From: Candidatus Woesearchaeota archaeon
GTDB taxonomy: Archaea; Nanobdellota; Nanobdellia; Woesearchaeales; DSVV01
DNA: 60,272 nt
NCBI GenBank assembly: GCA_018303325.1
Contig: JAGVYH010000004.1
Location: 1 to 60,272 of the forward strand
Reading direction: 5' to 3'
The notes below the pieces were generated by a model. That model did no database searches. It saw only the letters and a list, made by a program, of their open reading frames with translations, and was not told the origin of the DNA. Both the position numbers and the translations under genes were made by a program. Positions 57,422 through 60,272 of the stretch are shown here, one piece after another (positions within the stretch are counted from its first letter, which is position 1; each line of letters opens with the position of its first letter).

Positions 57422-60253
57422 CTAATTATTAATATAATTTAATATTGTGAGAGCTAATTTAACCCCCTCTGTAATGTTTTTTCCAAATACCTTCATATAT
57501 TCTTCAGCGTGCTTTTTGGTATCAGGAGTAGGCTCATATATTGTATTATTACCTCCTAATACAAGTAATAGCTCAAGCTCGCCTTCTTTTAATTCAAAAG
57601 TCATTTTACTTCCAATATAATGTTCTACAATAATATCAAAACTCGAAAAAGCCTCTTTTTCAACTTTTCTTTTTTTTGGCTCTTCGCAATCTTTATTATC
57701 AACACAGCCAAATATCCACGAATTATGGCTGGCATCAGTAGACAACTGATAATACTCACCTTGAACAGTTACACTATTATTATTGAAAATTAGATTATAG
57801 CTATAATGCTTATATTTTTTCTTTCTAGTGATGGTTCTTGATATCTTTTCTTTTATTGTAATACCATTTGCATCATAAGACATATTTATTTCTCTCGTCT
57901 CTAATCTGCTCTCTAAATTAGCTGTACACGAATTACCACTGCTACTGATCATGTAGCCATTATTGCTTAAATACTCTGTTATTTTTTTGAAATTAGTAGA
58001 ATATAGGCTTATAATCTCAGTCTGTTGTGTATCATTAACTAATTTAACAGGATTTTCATCTGTTGATTTGGCAATCTTAATTGCTGGTTGAGCTAGAAAT
58101 TCGCTGGCATACACATGAGCAGCGTTGTTTATAACTGCAAAAATATTTTGCTGATGCAATGCTTCTTGTTCTCCATTCATTACATTTTTTGCTGGTTTTA
58201 TTTCTTCAAGATTTTTTGTATCTTCATGAAATAATTTAGATTTTTCCACGTTGGCAGATTGCCTTGTTTTATCTGTATCCTTTACTTTCTGTTCATCTTT
58301 TTCAACAGATTGTTCTGCTATACTTTCTTTATCTGATGTTGCAGGAGGATGTGCTACTGCTTTGTTACTTTCAGTTTCAGCAGGTTGGTTATTTGGATTA
58401 TAATAATGAAACCCACCTGCCCCTACTGCAATTACAACAGACACTAAACCAGCTATTGCTGGCCAGCTCGACAACCATCTCGGATATATTTTATTTTTTT
58501 GTGATGATTCTGTTGAAGAAGGTACAGATGTTTGGCTAAAATAATCATCAATTGATTTTTTTAAATAAGGATTAATTTCACTAAGTTTATCTCCTTCTTC
58601 TATTTTCTTATCTGCTAATATTTTATTATGGTCCATTACATTATAAATCTCCCTCAGAAAATCAACCATCATATTATGTCTTAACTGATTATTATCATTT
58701 ACTTTCCATTTATCTGATTCTTGTTTAATATAACCATCAACAGATTTAATTTGTTCAGTAGTCAGCATTTTACGTTTATCTTCTGTTGTTTTTTCCTTTT
58801 TCTTCTCTAATTTATACAACTTTTCTATTGTCCTTCTCAATTGTTTACCAAACTCTTCACCTGCTCCGCTTTTTTGTGAGGTATAATCAAAAACCTCTTC
58901 TTTTGTTTTTTTTCGTTTATCTAAAATATAAAATAAACCATAAGCGATATATCTTCTTATTACTGTTTCATCTGCATCTGTTGTTTTTTCATTAATAATT
59001 TCTACTAAAGTTTTAGGTGATGCTGGTTGTGCATTTGAATCTGAATCAGATGCTTCATCTGGTGTATTCGGTAATATTACTGTTTGTGGTTCATGTCCTG
59101 CATGTTGAGTTGCTGCTAAATCCTGTCCTAGCGATATAGTTGATTGTCTTATAGGTTGCTGCGTACTTGTGATAGCCACCGAATCATTCTCTTTTCCTTT
59201 GACAGCAGATTTTAAAGCATCTTCTGGCAGAGGCGGTGGGGTTCTCCTTGCTCTGTATTCTGCGATTTCAGCTAATACTTTATCTTCCACTTGCTGCTTT
59301 GTAAACAGATCTGTGCCAATCCTTTTATCATACTTCTCTCTTACTTTTCTTTCTGTCTCATCTTTTGCTTTTCTAACATTTGCGTAGTCTTCTTCACGTG
59401 TAATATAACTTTTTGTATATATCTCTATCTGTTTATTTGCCAATTCTAATTTTTCTGTTACCCCTCTTAATTTTTTTTCTGAAGAAGATAATCTATCTTT
59501 CATTTCTTGAAATTCCTTTGATCTATATTCTCTATACCAACAATTAAATGCAGAAAGAATTGTTCCAACTTTTTCTAAGCATCTTTCTAATATCCCTTTA
59601 GATTCCCTTGCTTTTTTGGCTAATTTGTTAAAGTTGGTCTTTATATATCCTTGTAATTCATCATTTGTCATTTGTTTGAATTTATCTTTTTCACTACCTT
59701 CTATTTCTTTATATCTTGTTTTTTTTCTTTCATCATAATCTAAACTTAAACAAATATGGAATGCAGCATCTTCTAATGTTGCCCTATATACTTTATCTGA
59801 CTCTGATTGTCTACTCTTAATACCCTTAATTTTCTGCTCCAAATCCAGTATTCTTCCATCTCTTTCAGCAAGTTGCGTATTAGCTTGTGTTAAAGATGTT
59901 TCTGCACTTTCTGCTCTTGTGGTTAATTGTTTGATTTCACTATTTTTTCTTGTAACTTCATCTTCTGTTCCACTTATTTTATTTTTATAATATTTTCTTC
60001 TTGCACCTTTCAGGTCAACAACAACAGCAGCAAAATCATCATATATTTTTCCATCAGCAGTATCATAAATCAAAGCTAAACGTTTTACCCATGTTTCGTT
60101 ATCTGAAGAAGTAGATGATAATATCTGCGAAAATACCTTCATTCTTTGTTCATATAATATATTGTTTAATTTCTCATCAGAGCGTGTATTATCATCTGTA
60201 ATATTTAATTTTTCTAAATCAGGAGTAAAGCCTAATTTTCTTAACTCATCCAA
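57422..60253 (-). CDS. Large coiled-coil single-pass membrane protein
   Basis: N-terminal coiled coils, TM WPAIAGLVSVVIAVGAGGFHYY, beta-rich C-terminal domain; co-oriented with the kinase. Confidence 0.75.
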   Translation of the reverse strand: MDELRKLGFTPDLEKLNITDDNTRSDEKLNNILYEQRMKVFSQILSSTSSDNETWVKRLALIYDTADGKIYDDFAAVVVDLKGARRKYYKNKISGTEDEVTRKNSEIKQLTTRAESAETSLTQANTQLAERDGRILDLEQKIKGIKSRQSESDKVYRATLEDAAFHICLSLDYDERKKTRYKEIEGSEKDKFKQMTNDELQGYIKTNFNKLAKKARESKGILERCLEKVGTILSAFNCWYREYRSKEFQEMKDRLSSSEKKLRGVTEKLELANKQIEIYTKSYITREEDYANVRKAKDETERKVREKYDKRIGTDLFTKQQVEDKVLAEIAEYRARRTPPPLPEDALKSAVKGKENDSVAITSTQQPIRQSTISLGQDLAATQHAGHEPQTVILPNTPDEASDSDSNAQPASPKTLVEIINEKTTDADETVIRRYIAYGLFYILDKRKKTKEEVFDYTSQKSGAGEEFGKQLRRTIEKLYKLEKKKEKTTEDKRKMLTTEQIKSVDGYIKQESDKWKVNDNNQLRHNMMVDFLREIYNVMDHNKILADKKIEEGDKLSEINPYLKKSIDDYFSQTSVPSSTESSQKNKIYPRWLSSWPAIAGLVSVVIAVGAGGFHYYNPNNQPAETESNKAVAHPPATSDKESIAEQSVEKDEQKVKDTDKTRQSANVEKSKLFHEDTKNLEEIKPAKNVMNGEQEALHQQNIFAVINNAAHVYASEFLAQPAIKIAKSTDENPVKLVNDTQQTEIISLYSTNFKKITEYLSNNGYMISSSGNSCTANLESRLETREINMSYDANGITIKEKISRTITRKKKYKHYSYNLIFNNNSVTVQGEYYQLSTDASHNSWIFGCVDNKDCEEPKKRKVEKEAFSSFDIIVEHYIGSKMTFELKEGELELLLVLGGNNTIYEPTPDTKKHAEEYMKVFGKNITEGVKLALTILNYINN

Positions 60254-60272
60254 TACATAATCAAATTTATCT

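Noticed and set aside
43711-60253. Provirus or integrated conjugative element
   Set aside because: No integrase, capsid, terminase, relaxase or att repeats recognised, and composition looks similar to the rest of the window

Overview
AT-rich archaeal chromosomal segment, most consistent with a DPANN (Woesearchaeota-like) genome. The taxon is inferred, not searched. It rests on BHB-type tRNA introns, TATA-box promoters, TrmB regulators, a Dph6 domain and class III signal peptides. Recognisable core: three intron-containing tRNAs (Gln-TTG, Gln-CTG with a T-loop intron, Glu-CTC with two introns), a group 3b-type [NiFe] sulfhydrogenase operon with HypA and a maturation protease, an AsnB-Dph6 fusion, three toxin-antitoxin-like pairs, two TrmB regulators and a duplicated three-gene surface-protein module. 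The right third is a block of orphans with two P-loop ATPases, a beta-barrel-like protein and a membrane Ser/Thr kinase. The most notable unexplained signals are four. (1) Two families of ~48-nt palindromic units occur as doublets, show stem covariation and end in TATA; one doublet splits a gene with a TATA duplication. (2) Two homologous three-way-junction structured elements share a conserved core. (3) An ACTACAAC-N5-TTTATAT promoter motif precedes three orphan gene clusters. (4) The surface-protein triplets look like swappable cassettes between conserved arms. No CRISPR array, rRNA, transposase or integrase was recognised.
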